A stretch of 64,000 nucleotides of DNA from a virus (IMGVR_UViG_3300031963_000080:1-64000); one strand, 5' to 3'; numbered from the stretch's first letter, positions 36,886-47,594 are shown. A program made the numbers and translations. Notes: a model not told the origin generated them from the letters alone.

Positions 36886-38109
36886 TTATTTATTGTTTAA
36901 ACTCTTTCTATATTTCTTAATAAAATTTTTAATTTTTTTAGTATCACTCATACGCATTGCATATTCTCTATATGGATCGGTTCCTACTAGTCTTTGATCT
37001 GCAGGAACTCCGGAGATATTAGTCCATTCTGCCAAATCTTTTATCCAAGACTTAAACATAATCCCATCTTCAGTCACACAAATCAAATAGTTAGGACCAC
37101 GACGAGTGACTTTACCAACTAAACCGGTGTTTAGATTTTCTACTACATCATCAACTTTAAATATCTTTTCTTGGTAATATTGTTCTCTCAGTCCCAATAA
37201 ATCTAATTTTGGCGCATATTCCCAGACTTCTTGTACTTCTTTTGGTGCTTTCTTTCCAAGCATAGTTCGCTGGACCGCAAAGAACATTGCCTGAGAATCT
37301 TTATCTTTCATTCTTTTTGGCACTCCAGTTCTAAATAGCTGGAAATTGTCATCAACTGCAGCTTTTCTAAGTTTAGATGCCGACATACCAGAAACTCCAT
37401 CGGCATCTGGATCTCTCGGACCAGCAGGAACTACATTAATCTCATCAAAAGAATATATCTGCCCATTATATTGGCCTGCCAATCTTTCAAATTCTGGTAA
37501 TCTTTCTGATCCAACAACAATATTGACTTTTTTATATCCATCTTCATTTGCGGCAACTAAGACATCAAATATTGTTTTCATTTTGTCATCGTTAACGATG
37601 TTTTCCTTGAAGTCCGGAAACATCTTTTTCATATATTTTACTTTGGATGCCGGATCCAATGGATTCTTTTTTGTGTCTTGTGTTCTTGAAGGATAGATCT
37701 TAAAATCGCCGCCGGTAGCAATTTCTTTTGCTTTTTTGATAAGCTTTTCGTGACCAATTGTTGGTGGATTGAATCTACCAAAAACTACAGTTAAAGGAAC
37801 TTCTTTATCTATTTCAGGTGGTGCTGGTTCTTGTTTTGGTGGTTTTATTCCTAGTCTTTCTTTTGGTGAAGGGGGTGGTTCTATGGCTCTTTCTGCAGTT
37901 CTTGGGCCTTTTGGTTCTGGCTCTGGTTTTTCTGGAGATGGACTCTTTTTACGAAGCATCTCCAAATCGCCACCAACTGTTTGTGCTATTACCTTTCCAC
38001 TTCTGTCCACCCAGTTCCCATGTCCATCAGAAGTCAAGCCAAGGCGATATGCCTTTTCTGATGCTCTGGATCCTCGAAATTCTAATATAAATTGCGAAAA
38101 CTTTTTCAT
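36886..38109 (-). CDS. Cytidylyltransferase-like (HxGH nucleotidyltransferase) protein
   Basis: FGRFNPPTIGHEKL, VVGSER, GMSASKLR. Confidence 0.88.
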   Translation of the reverse strand: MKKFSQFILEFRGSRASEKAYRLGLTSDGHGNWVDRSGKVIAQTVGGDLEMLRKKSPSPEKPEPEPKGPRTAERAIEPPPSPKERLGIKPPKQEPAPPEIDKEVPLTVVFGRFNPPTIGHEKLIKKAKEIATGGDFKIYPSRTQDTKKNPLDPASKVKYMKKMFPDFKENIVNDDKMKTIFDVLVAANEDGYKKVNIVVGSERLPEFERLAGQYNGQIYSFDEINVVPAGPRDPDADGVSGMSASKLRKAAVDDNFQLFRTGVPKRMKDKDSQAMFFAVQRTMLGKKAPKEVQEVWEYAPKLDLLGLREQYYQEKIFKVDDVVENLNTGLVGKVTRRGPNYLICVTEDGIMFKSWIKDLAEWTNISGVPADQRLVGTDPYREYAMRMSDTKKIKNFIKKYRKSLNNK

Positions 38110-38148
38110 TCTTGTGTGGAATTCCTTATTTATTTATTTTGTTTACAA

Positions 38149-38778
38149 TCAACCTCTTGGTGGATTACTATCATCACTATATCTTGTAGATCTTCTTCTT
38201 GTGGATCTAGTTCCGGGAGCAACTGCCCTATTTCGGTCATCTGTAGTTTGAATTACAGATTTTCCTGGTTTTATTTGATCACCTTTTCTAAGAATATCAT
38301 AAGTTAATGGTTTTCCTTGTGAAGCTAATGGCTGTCTTCCACCTGGACCAACAAATGTTGGAGAGGCAGTTGGTCTTTTTGCTTCTGATTCTCTACCTGC
38401 TCCCGTTGATCTATTCCTTCTCAAAATAGCATCTGCTTGTTGTCCAGTTCTTTGTTGTGCTGTAGTTTCCCTTCCTTGTCCTGGAGTAGATAAATTCATA
38501 GTTCTAGATTGTACTCTACCCCCAGAAGACGATGCTCCTCTACTTCTTATTCCAGCTCTGATTTCAGCAGATGTATCTACATTATTTTGTGGTATTCCCA
38601 ACATTCTTCTTCTTTCTTGTGATGCTGCTCTTTTTGCGGCTTTCTCTTCTGGAGTTAATACTTCGTTTATAAGTTCATTATACCAATCATCACTAACTAC
38701 CTTTAATATTTTTAATGCCGATACTATATCATCAGCAAATCTATTTTCTACTAGGTATTCAGCGATGTATAATTCCAT
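38149..38778 (-). CDS. Arg/Gly/Ser-rich protein with an acidic N-terminal module
   Basis: Amino-acid composition; late promoter at 38804-38811. Confidence 0.7.
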   Translation of the reverse strand: MELYIAEYLVENRFADDIVSALKILKVVSDDWYNELINEVLTPEEKAAKRAASQERRRMLGIPQNNVDTSAEIRAGIRSRGASSSGGRVQSRTMNLSTPGQGRETTAQQRTGQQADAILRRNRSTGAGRESEAKRPTASPTFVGPGGRQPLASQGKPLTYDILRKGDQIKPGKSVIQTTDDRNRAVAPGTRSTRRRSTRYSDDSNPPRG

Positions 38779-38838
38779 TATTTTAATATTAGAACTTTTT
38801 TACTATTTATAAAAAAAACCTCCCGAAGGAGGTTCAAA

Positions 38839-39015
38839 TCAAACAATAATTTTTTCCAATTCTTGATCTAATTGTACTAAGAGAGATCGAAGTCTTTCAA
38901 TTCGTTCTGGAACGAATTCTTTACTATATCCCGCAGTTGATGCATCTAGGACTTGTAGGAGTTCTAGTCCGGTTTTTGCGTCAATTTTTAATGTTAGTTG
39001 TTTTTGTTTTGCCAT
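38839..39015 (-). CDS. Small hypothetical protein (58 aa)
   Basis: ATG abuts the mazG stop; GGAG Shine-Dalgarno. Confidence 0.65.
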   Translation of the reverse strand: MAKQKQLTLKIDAKTGLELLQVLDASTAGYSKEFVPERIERLRSLLVQLDQELEKIIV

Positions 39016-39432
39016 TCAAACATCTCCTTCTTTGCGATTTTCAGAACGATATACATCAAATGTTCCTTCCGGATAACGAGCACTCAACTTTTCGTAATTC
39101 ATTTGAAGAATCTCATCAAATGTAGTATCAAGTGCCATACATGCTTGAGCAAGATACCAACAAAGGTCTCCTAATTCTCGTTTCATATGAAAAACATTTT
39201 CTTCGTTATATGGTTTTCCTTGTAGAAAAATTTTCTTTACCACTTCAGTAAATTCACCTGCTTCGGCACTCAGTCCATAAGCAGCGGTCATAAGACGAGG
39301 GATATCGGCATCTTGTGCTTCCAACTCTGATAACCTAGAAAGAAGAGCAGAAAAGTCAGAACTAGCAGAACTTGTAGTTTGGCGAACAAAATCAATGTAC
39401 TTGTCATTATCAATTTTTTGATCATTTTTCAT
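39016..39432 (-). CDS. mazG: MazG-like nucleotide pyrophosphohydrolase
   Basis: GLSAEAGEF, RELGDLCWY, KLSARYP. Confidence 0.93.
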   Translation of the reverse strand: MKNDQKIDNDKYIDFVRQTTSSASSDFSALLSRLSELEAQDADIPRLMTAAYGLSAEAGEFTEVVKKIFLQGKPYNEENVFHMKRELGDLCWYLAQACMALDTTFDEILQMNYEKLSARYPEGTFDVYRSENRKEGDV

Positions 39433-40814
39433 CAGAAAGTAAAGCTCCTAAATTTTTGTTTGAAATCAGATTGGTGTTCCTCGTCATTATACTCTTCTTC
39501 CTGTCCGGAGTCAAGTATGTCCTTTTGTGCTGATTGATCAACATCATAAAGACGCATCTTTGACCTATCGATACCAATGACAAATTTTTTATAGGTTGAT
39601 TTGTCACTATATCTATTTTTTAGTTGCTTGACCAAAATTTGATTTAATTGCTCTAATTCATCAGTTGATATCAAAGCAAAAAGAAAATCGGCAGTCGCTG
39701 GGAGACCAAAAGACTCAGAGGTATCGGTCAATTCTGGATCAGAGGAAGCAAATCCAGATCTAGTAGTTTGTGTGGCACTCATAATTGGAACATTAAATTC
39801 TACCGCAAGACCCCTAAGTTCTTCTGCAATAGATTTTACATATGAGTATGAGTTCACAGAAATATTCCCTTTGTACCTACTAGATGAGCATATGTTCAAA
39901 TAATCAATAAAAATCACATCAGGTTTAAATGATTTTTTAAGTGCTAGCTCATTTAATAGTGCTTTAAAGTGCCCAGCATGGGCAGATGCAGTCGGATATT
40001 CTTTAATAATCAAAGATCCCTGAGTCTTCTTTGAAATGTTATTAATTTTACTTTCAAATGTAGATTTAGTTAGATCTTTAATATCTTTAATGTTTACATT
40101 CATTTGATTTGCATCAATTCGCTCAGCAATTTTTTCCTCTGCCATTTCAAGCGTAATGTATAGTACATTCCGTCCTTGGAGCAAGTAGGAGCCAGCCACA
40201 TGGCACATGAATAAAGATTTGCCGACATTTGTACCAGCAAGTGCGATGTTAAGAGTTTTAGGAGAGAGCCCACCATTCGTAATTTTGTTAAAGTAATCCA
40301 GATCAAATTCAAGTTTATTCTCCTTTCTATTATAATACTCATAGCGTTGATCATAATCTTGAAGGTAATCATGACCAACATGATTATCAAAACTTACCGA
40401 TAATGCATCTGATAAAATTGATGGTATGGAATCTCTGTTTTTATCTTCATTTTTACCGTCAGCAATTTGAATAGACTCCATAAGTGCAAGATAAATTGCC
40501 CTATCTCTACACCATTTTTCAGTAGTGTCAATCAACCACTGAAGTTCTGCTGGAGAATTGTCAAAAGAATCTATAATTGATACTATCTCTTTATAAAAAG
40601 TTTCATTTAGATCTGTTCTTTTGTCTACCTCAATTAATAATGCTTCCTTAGTGGCTGGTTTATTATATTCATTAATGAAAGAGTATATCTCATCAAAAAT
40701 AATTTTTAGGTTATAATCTTGAAAATAATCCTTCCGTAAAAAAGGAAGTACTTTCCTAATGTAGTCTTCATTGTAAATTAGATTCCTTAAAATTAAAAGC
40801 TCAATTTTTTCCAT
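39432..40814 (-). CDS. gp41: Replicative helicase gp41
   Basis: AGTNVGKS, IDYLNIC, SESFGLPATAD. Confidence 0.97.
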   Translation of the reverse strand: MEKIELLILRNLIYNEDYIRKVLPFLRKDYFQDYNLKIIFDEIYSFINEYNKPATKEALLIEVDKRTDLNETFYKEIVSIIDSFDNSPAELQWLIDTTEKWCRDRAIYLALMESIQIADGKNEDKNRDSIPSILSDALSVSFDNHVGHDYLQDYDQRYEYYNRKENKLEFDLDYFNKITNGGLSPKTLNIALAGTNVGKSLFMCHVAGSYLLQGRNVLYITLEMAEEKIAERIDANQMNVNIKDIKDLTKSTFESKINNISKKTQGSLIIKEYPTASAHAGHFKALLNELALKKSFKPDVIFIDYLNICSSSRYKGNISVNSYSYVKSIAEELRGLAVEFNVPIMSATQTTRSGFASSDPELTDTSESFGLPATADFLFALISTDELEQLNQILVKQLKNRYSDKSTYKKFVIGIDRSKMRLYDVDQSAQKDILDSGQEEEYNDEEHQSDFKQKFRSFTF

Positions 40815-41818
40815 TAATTACCATAACTAAATTGTGACTTTGCAATTTCATCAAGCTTTTGCATTATTTCATCAGTGAAATATTCTTCTGGATTTGCTAA
40901 TATTTGCTTACCATATATCTTCTTTCCATTGATTTCATAACGACCTGCTTTGTTTTCCCAAAGTCCACCAAGTTCTCCAAGTTCGAGAAGCCCATAATAT
41001 CTGTCCAAACCACGCTCATCATAAAACAAACGAACCTCCACATCTTTGTTTTCTTTACTCAAACGAGACTTGGCAGTTTTTGCTTTAATAATGTTTCCGA
41101 CAATTTCTGTCCCATCTTTTTCTTTTTTCTTGCTGAGATATACGATAGTGGAAGCGGCATACTTAAGACCACTACCACCACCCATCTCTTTAGTAGGAAC
41201 ATAAGCACCAATGACATCATAAGTATGATTAGTAACAATCATTGGAATTTTTGCTTGTCCAAGTTTCAATGTAAGCATACGAAATGCTCCTTTAATCAAT
41301 TGAGATTTGGTCATGTCCCGAACTTCCTTATCATTCAGTGCATCATTAATCTCCTTACTTGTGGAAAGCATTCCCAAAGAGTCTAACACAAACATACAAG
41401 GATTGCGTTCCCCTTCAGGTTTTTTCATATACATATCTACTGCCTTGAGTGCCGTTCCACGAAACTCTTCAACAGTAACAACATTGACAACCACAAGACG
41501 AGAAGTATCAATTCCACGAGATTCTAGGAGAGATTTGGTAATAGCAGCTTCAGTATCAAAGTAGAGGCAATAACCATTGGGATTATTATCGAGGAAATTC
41601 TTAACAACGGCGAGACTGAAGAAAGTTTTTCCAGTACTAGACTCTCCAGCAATAGCAGTAATCTTATTCCCAGATACGCCGCCAAATATACTACCTGAAA
41701 CCAGTGCATTAAAAATATATGAACCCGTGTCAACATAAGTCTCAGTCTCATCAATTTCGGAAGCAAGTTGCGTATACTCGCCACCGATTTCTTTTACAAT
41801 GTCCTTTAAAAAATCCAT
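40814..41818 (-). CDS. uvsX: RecA-like recombinase
   Basis: GESSTGKT, LDSLG, MGGGSG. Confidence 0.96.
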   Translation of the reverse strand: MDFLKDIVKEIGGEYTQLASEIDETETYVDTGSYIFNALVSGSIFGGVSGNKITAIAGESSTGKTFFSLAVVKNFLDNNPNGYCLYFDTEAAITKSLLESRGIDTSRLVVVNVVTVEEFRGTALKAVDMYMKKPEGERNPCMFVLDSLGMLSTSKEINDALNDKEVRDMTKSQLIKGAFRMLTLKLGQAKIPMIVTNHTYDVIGAYVPTKEMGGGSGLKYAASTIVYLSKKKEKDGTEIVGNIIKAKTAKSRLSKENKDVEVRLFYDERGLDRYYGLLELGELGGLWENKAGRYEINGKKIYGKQILANPEEYFTDEIMQKLDEIAKSQFSYGN

Positions 41819-41848
41819 AAGTTTCTCCTTAGTAATTCCAATATACCA

Positions 41849-44353
41849 CTAAACAAAAAAAGAATCAAGTGTTGTTTTTTTCTCAATATTCCAACCAATA
41901 ATATCTAGAATCGCTCTCAATGGTTTGAGGAAGGTCTTTTCAAACTGCATTTCATAATCTACATATTTTTTTAGTTCAAACTCTGGAGGCAAAGTTTGAA
42001 TAAAAGCAATTACATTTTCGTGAATTGGATTTGGTAATTTGAGATAACAAAACTTAATTTTTTCTCCATTTTTAATCATTGAATATTTTTTCTGTAGCTT
42101 ATATTCTTTGATGTAATGATTATAGAGAATTGATCCTCTAACATGAATTGGCGTAGACTTGACATACATAGTCAAATTAGATTTAAATTTTGTCAATTCA
42201 TTTACTGACTTGGGAAAAGAAACTTCTTCCGGAGTCAATTCGAAAAAATCTCTTCTTGCAGTCGAAATGAAATCAATCAATTCATCTTCAGTCGATGTCA
42301 TAATAAGCTTAATTGCTTTTTTAATCCTATCTCGACAGAAAGCAGGAGTAGAAGATCTAATAGCTTCGATTCCAGTCATAGCCAGCTCTGGCTCTGAATA
42401 TCTTACTCCCTCATTGTCCCAAACATTAGCAATGTATCTTTTTTTAGAAATAAAAACTGCTCGATCAGTTATCTTTTCTCGTTTCATATGCAATTTGTGT
42501 GCATATGCATTCAGATATTCTGCTAGTTCTTTATAAGAACAATCAACATATTCTTGAATTTTTGTAGAGAAAATTTGATCCAGAAAATCAATAATTTCCA
42601 ATTTGGATGGATTTTTGTTTTTATAAATCATGTCCACTAATGGCTTCATGTTCAAAAATGCAGAATCAGTGTCACAATACACAACATAATCAGTATCTTC
42701 AGTTTTCAAAATTTTATTGAGATACTGATTGAATTTCATTTCAATCCAACGAATTGCTAGCTGTCCAGTGTAAGTTACTGCCTCTGCGTTTCTCAGATCA
42801 TAAAACCTAAAATATGGATTCCCAGTTGCACCATAGCAAGAATTCAAACAAACTTTAATTGATTGCTCCTTAACACTATACATCGAAATTTGCTTCTTGA
42901 GTTTAACTTCATGAGTTTTTTCATACTCCTTTTTCAACTCTTTCATCTTATCTTTGTATAGTTTCCTTTTCTGGAACATCTTATCAAGAAGTTCAGGAAG
43001 AAATCCCATTTTATCTTTTTTATACATTGATCCATTTGGACAAACAGAATATTGACAATCTGTTGGTATCCGTGTGGTTTTATCCAAGATAGAATCAATT
43101 GATATATTAGAAAATCGTTTCTCAACTAATGTGTCTGGACTTATATTCAATCCCATCATAATATGAGGATAAAGAGAAGTTAAGTCCATGCTTACAACAT
43201 AATCATAAGAACCAGGAATCGGCTCTTTTACAAATGCACCCACAAATTTGTCTGACTTCTCTTTCCCCTCGCCTTTCAATGGGATCACAATATTTTTACG
43301 ACGAAGGTAGTTGTAAATGATAGTATCCCACATTCTAACCTGATAGAAAACATCTTCAAAATTAGTTTTAGAATCATATGCGAGCATGATTGCCAATTCA
43401 ACCATGTGAAGCTTATCTTCTAGTTTGTTGACGAGTTCAGTGTCAATGACATTATATTCTACGAATGTGTCCCAATCACTATCATAAAAATCCTTAAAAG
43501 TTTCATATTGACTATGATCCAATTTATTTTGACCTAGCTCATTAAATGCAATCGTATCTAGTCTAAAGTTTTCAGGTTTTTTGAATGAATATTTTTTATA
43601 TAGATCGAAATAATCTATAATAGATACTCCAAAAATATCATAGATTGTTTGTTTTTCGCCTATTCTAACTTCAACTTGCTTATCGGAAATCCAGTTATAA
43701 GGAGACAACTTTCTCGTTTCTTTTTCTCCTATTAATCTGTACATCCTACCAATGATGTAAGCAAAGTCATAGTATAGACAATTCCAACCAGTAACGATCT
43801 CTGGTGTATTGTTTTGCCAAAAATCAAGAAAAGAATAAATTAGAGCAGTTTCATCTACACAATAAAAATACTTATGATTTTCTAGTTTTTTTCCGAATTT
43901 CCTGGTTCCCCAAGTATAGATTTTTTTCGATACATAATCTTGGATTGTAATCAGTAAAATTTCTTCATCACAAGTTTTTGGGTCAGGGAATCCATTTTCA
44001 GAAGAAACCTCAATATCTATTGCCCAAATAGAAATTCTAGAAATGTCATAATCAATTTGTTCTTCCGAATAATTGTCTGAAATATACTGATAGATTGGAG
44101 TTTCATTTCCATAAATTTTAAATCCCTCTACATCTTTATACTTATCAACATATTCTCTAGATTCTTTGATCGTTCCTGGTTGAATTGGTTTTACACATTT
44201 TCCATCTAATGTCTTATATTCTGTTTTTACATTAGATGAAACATAAAAGGTAGGATGATAATCTACCGTTTGAGTGAATTTTTCTCCATTTTCATACCCT
44301 CGAACATAGATCTTATTCCCGAGTTGTTTGACATTTGTGTACCAACGCATCAC
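41849..44353 (-). CDS. gp43: DNA polymerase family B gp43
   Basis: DIEV exonuclease motif, DLTSLYP, K...NSCYG, YCDTDS. Confidence 0.98.
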   Translation of the reverse strand: MMRWYTNVKQLGNKIYVRGYENGEKFTQTVDYHPTFYVSSNVKTEYKTLDGKCVKPIQPGTIKESREYVDKYKDVEGFKIYGNETPIYQYISDNYSEEQIDYDISRISIWAIDIEVSSENGFPDPKTCDEEILLITIQDYVSKKIYTWGTRKFGKKLENHKYFYCVDETALIYSFLDFWQNNTPEIVTGWNCLYYDFAYIIGRMYRLIGEKETRKLSPYNWISDKQVEVRIGEKQTIYDIFGVSIIDYFDLYKKYSFKKPENFRLDTIAFNELGQNKLDHSQYETFKDFYDSDWDTFVEYNVIDTELVNKLEDKLHMVELAIMLAYDSKTNFEDVFYQVRMWDTIIYNYLRRKNIVIPLKGEGKEKSDKFVGAFVKEPIPGSYDYVVSMDLTSLYPHIMMGLNISPDTLVEKRFSNISIDSILDKTTRIPTDCQYSVCPNGSMYKKDKMGFLPELLDKMFQKRKLYKDKMKELKKEYEKTHEVKLKKQISMYSVKEQSIKVCLNSCYGATGNPYFRFYDLRNAEAVTYTGQLAIRWIEMKFNQYLNKILKTEDTDYVVYCDTDSAFLNMKPLVDMIYKNKNPSKLEIIDFLDQIFSTKIQEYVDCSYKELAEYLNAYAHKLHMKREKITDRAVFISKKRYIANVWDNEGVRYSEPELAMTGIEAIRSSTPAFCRDRIKKAIKLIMTSTEDELIDFISTARRDFFELTPEEVSFPKSVNELTKFKSNLTMYVKSTPIHVRGSILYNHYIKEYKLQKKYSMIKNGEKIKFCYLKLPNPIHENVIAFIQTLPPEFELKKYVDYEMQFEKTFLKPLRAILDIIGWNIEKKTTLDSFFV

Positions 44354-44646
44354 TTTCTAATTAGAATTTTGTATTTATCGAGAATTGAAGTTTTTGGGTC
44401 AATGATTGTAAGTATTTTATCTGAGCTCATTAAAAATACTTTTTGTTCTGTTACTTCCATTAGCCATGGTCTTAGCGTAATTGTTTCCAAAAGTTTATCA
44501 GTAACAATTAGATATGGGTCAGAAAGTTTACAATTTGGTTCTCCTATATCTGCTACCACTTCTTCAATTTTAGCTATTAGTCTTTGCCCATTTTCTAAGA
44601 CTAACAATTTTACAAATTCATTAGACTCAATGGCTGCCTCTTCCAT
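44350..44646 (-). CDS. Conserved hypothetical protein
   Basis: 98-aa ORF upstream of gp43. Confidence 0.75.
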   Translation of the reverse strand: MEEAAIESNEFVKLLVLENGQRLIAKIEEVVADIGEPNCKLSDPYLIVTDKLLETITLRPWLMEVTEQKVFLMSSDKILTIIDPKTSILDKYKILIRK

Positions 44647-44667
44647 GGTAATGCCTCAACAGCCCCC

Positions 44668-44719
44668 ATTATAGCACAAAAAAATGGGGGAGTCAACTGG
44701 ATTTTGCCAGTTCTCCCCT
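44668..44719 (-). promoter_or_regulatory. Terminator after hsp20 overlapping a sigma70 promoter
   Basis: TTGACT-17-TATAAT with the -35 in the 3' arm of the GGGGAG...CTCCCC hairpin. Confidence 0.75.
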
Positions 44720-44745
44720 TTGCGCCGACGATATTCAATTACTAT

Positions 44746-45177
44746 TTAGAACCAAATTTTTTTCTTTTGGTGCTCTGGTACTATCTTTACTAATTTAACA
44801 GAAAGAAGTCCATCATCAAATGTCACTTCTTTAACTTCAACATCATCAGATATAGTCCAAGATCTGGTGAATGCTCTTTGTGCCAAGCCATGATGGACAT
44901 ATTCTTTTCCGGAATCTAATTCCTTTTCACCTTCAATGAATAATTTATTGTTCTCTGTGTATACCGTAATTTGATTTTTCTTGAATCCGGCAAGAGCAAG
45001 TTCTAACCTAAATTCTGTGTTGCTTTCTTTAATGACATTGTATGGAGGGTAGTTTGATTCTGTCTGATGTAATGCACCAAACCTGTGGAACCATTCGTCC
45101 ATTCCAATAGAATATTTTTCAACATCATTTAAAAATTTTTCAATATTTCCAGTATTATATTGAACTAATGCGTTCAT
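44746..45177 (-). CDS. hsp20: Small heat-shock protein
   Basis: YPPYNV, ALAGF, HHGLAQRAF, DGLL. Confidence 0.95.
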   Translation of the reverse strand: MNALVQYNTGNIEKFLNDVEKYSIGMDEWFHRFGALHQTESNYPPYNVIKESNTEFRLELALAGFKKNQITVYTENNKLFIEGEKELDSGKEYVHHGLAQRAFTRSWTISDDVEVKEVTFDDGLLSVKLVKIVPEHQKKKIWF

Positions 45178-45283
45178 TTGTTGTCTCCTTTAAAAGCGAG
45201 TGTAGATGTCAAACCCGAAGCATTTGACATTACTATTTTATAAGAGGACATAAAAAAAGGGAAGTTCGGAACTCCCCACAATT

Positions 45284-45721
45284 TTATTCGGTTTCCATTA
45301 CTTTTTTCTTAGATCCTATCGAGTATTTCGCCTCAAGAATCCAATCGTCCTTTTCTTTATATGGAAGAACTTTAATTTGATTTAATGGTGCAATATCAGA
45401 AACTTTATCTGGGTTTACTACCGTGACTAATCCCCAGTCAGATAGAAGTTTAATGATGCGATTGCGACGCTGAACATCATTAACTGTCAGATTAGCGTGT
45501 TTGCCGTCAAGGGCAAAAAGCTCTTTAAAACTCACCAAATAATATTTCCCTTGTTTATGTAAAATATGCACAGATTGGTATAGCTTTTTTTCTTTTCTGG
45601 AAGCAACACCAATTCTAGTTAGAGTTTCTCTTACTTTGAGAAAGTCATCAGGTTCAGATAAAATTATCTCAACCATCATGTCAGGTGTCCATTTTACCTG
45701 AGGTTCATTAATACTAGTCAT
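45284..45721 (-). CDS. regA: Translational repressor RegA
   Basis: DDFLKVRETLTRIG, HILHKQGKYY, FKELF. Confidence 0.96.
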   Translation of the reverse strand: MTSINEPQVKWTPDMMVEIILSEPDDFLKVRETLTRIGVASRKEKKLYQSVHILHKQGKYYLVSFKELFALDGKHANLTVNDVQRRNRIIKLLSDWGLVTVVNPDKVSDIAPLNQIKVLPYKEKDDWILEAKYSIGSKKKVMETE

Positions 45722-46110
45722 CTCGTTCCACCAATATCAAGTTTAGATTTAATAAAGTTAATTTGATCTTCAGACAGAATTTTCAAAATTTGAGAGGCTT
45801 TCTCGTCATTATATCCATAATATTGTTTTATGTATTCTAAATTCTGTATTTTATCTTTTGTGATCCAAGAAGAAAATCTCTTCTTTTTTCTTATACTATT
45901 TAGATAAAACAAATATTGCATATCTTTATTAAGACTGCAATTAATATTCATTTCATTTGCAAACAAGATAGTATCAATGTGTGCAGAAAGACATCTATTG
46001 ATAATATATGGTGGATACGATTTGATGTTATCCGAATCACTAAGTATTAGATTTTCTTTTGTCGAATTTATAGAATTCAACCAATCTTTTAATTCATATT
46101 TTATTTCCAT
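45718..46110 (-). CDS. gp62: Clamp loader small subunit gp62
   Basis: YPPYIINRCLS, YYGYN; synteny. Confidence 0.92.
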   Translation of the reverse strand: MEIKYELKDWLNSINSTKENLILSDSDNIKSYPPYIINRCLSAHIDTILFANEMNINCSLNKDMQYLFYLNSIRKKKRFSSWITKDKIQNLEYIKQYYGYNDEKASQILKILSEDQINFIKSKLDIGGTR

Positions 46111-47039
46111 TCTACTTCACACATAATTTCAGTAAGACACGCAAGAAGATTTATTTCGTTATCTGCAACAAAAGCACTCCTATACTGATACTTAGAAATG
46201 ACCAGAATTGCTGCTGGTATAGTTGATTCTACAGCAGAATCATATAAACAATCATATACTTTTCTAAGAACAATATTTGGATCATTATCCATATTTTGGA
46301 TGACCCATTTGCGGACTTCTGTAAAATTCCTATCTTTTAAGAATTTTACCAATCCCGAAATCTTTACCTCATATACATTTGCTAGTATGCCAGAATCGAC
46401 TTTTCCTCCAGAAGAATATCTCTGTATCTCGTTAAGAGTTCGCCTAAAATCGGGAAAATATTTATTAATCAACCCAACAATAGCTGCAGTCTCGTATTCA
46501 ATTTTTTCTTTGCTGAGAATATCAACAATCCTCTTCATAAAATCTGCTGCTAGTTTTGGCTTTTCTTTTGGTGGAATGGAAAAGTCAATAACTGCAGCAC
46601 GAGAATGTAGTGGTGGAATTAATTTATTTTTATAATTACATGTGAAAATAAAAGTACAATTTGTCTGTAGTTCTTCTATCGAAGCCCTCAATGCAAGCTG
46701 TGCATCATTTGTTAAATTATCTGCCTCATCAATTAGTAGTATCTTTTTTCCAGTATTAGAAAGAGATAAAGTAGAAGCATAATTTTTAACTTTATTTCGA
46801 ATGACATCAATGGATCTCTCATCAGAGCCATTGATAACCATAAAATCCCTATCTAATTCATTGGCCAAAGCTTTAATAGTAGAAGTTTTCCCAATCCCAG
46901 GCGGACCAGAAAGAATCATGTTTGGAACTTTACCAGAATCTCTAGTCTCAGTAAAAAATTTTTTTATTGATTCTGGTAAAATGCACTGCTCCACTGCTTG
47001 TGGGGCATATTTTTCTACAAAAATAAAATCACGGTTCAT
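46101..47039 (-). CDS. gp44: Clamp loader large subunit gp44
   Basis: VEKYAP, GPPGIGKT, IDEAD, FPDFRR. Confidence 0.96.
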   Translation of the reverse strand: MNRDFIFVEKYAPQAVEQCILPESIKKFFTETRDSGKVPNMILSGPPGIGKTSTIKALANELDRDFMVINGSDERSIDVIRNKVKNYASTLSLSNTGKKILLIDEADNLTNDAQLALRASIEELQTNCTFIFTCNYKNKLIPPLHSRAAVIDFSIPPKEKPKLAADFMKRIVDILSKEKIEYETAAIVGLINKYFPDFRRTLNEIQRYSSGGKVDSGILANVYEVKISGLVKFLKDRNFTEVRKWVIQNMDNDPNIVLRKVYDCLYDSAVESTIPAAILVISKYQYRSAFVADNEINLLACLTEIMCEVEWK

Positions 47040-47061
47040 AATTAATCAATTCAAATTTTAT

Positions 47062-47574
47062 TTAAATCCAATCGGGTTTTCGCTCTGGCATACGAAGATA
47101 ATTGTCCTTCGCCCAAGGTTTAGATGCAATGTACATCTTGTAAGCAGTAAAAGTGTCAATGCTTGTGTCGAGTTTATACTCATCTGGCATCGCTCTAGTA
47201 AATGATTTTACTTCAGTGATCTTTCCTTTAGGAAAAAGGTAATAAGCATCAACCAATGTCTTATAACAAGAGTGAATTTTATTATACCTCAAAGTATATT
47301 CATCACATAAGTTAAGTCCATGCTTAATCAACCAATAAGCATTATTGGCGTTTTCCATTGCCCACTTGGTGCAGGGATGGTTGCGGAAAGCTCCTTTGTC
47401 TGTTTTGTAAGGAGTCTCATCCGCTTTAAAAAGATGACCATATCCATGTCCCCATTTGTCAGAAGCAACAATAGAGAGCATTTGGCAGCACTCCAAAGGC
47501 ATCTTGACAATGTGTTTATCTGGGAGGCAAATAGCACTCTCAGCTGGCCATGGAGATGTCACAAAGATGTTCAT
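47062..47574 (-). CDS. Pyrimidine-dimer DNA glycosylase/DenV-like protein
   Basis: MNIF...DKHIVKMPLE..QML, NHPCTKW, EYTLRY.K.H. Confidence 0.75.
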   Translation of the reverse strand: MNIFVTSPWPAESAICLPDKHIVKMPLECCQMLSIVASDKWGHGYGHLFKADETPYKTDKGAFRNHPCTKWAMENANNAYWLIKHGLNLCDEYTLRYNKIHSCYKTLVDAYYLFPKGKITEVKSFTRAMPDEYKLDTSIDTFTAYKMYIASKPWAKDNYLRMPERKPDWI

Positions 47575-47594
47575 AATAAAAAAAAAGAAATCAA

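Noticed and set aside
28349-44353. Introns or inteins in nrdA, nrdB, gp41 or gp43; stop-codon recoding
   Set aside because: The ORFs are continuous and of ordinary length in the standard code, and no suppressor tRNA is seen.
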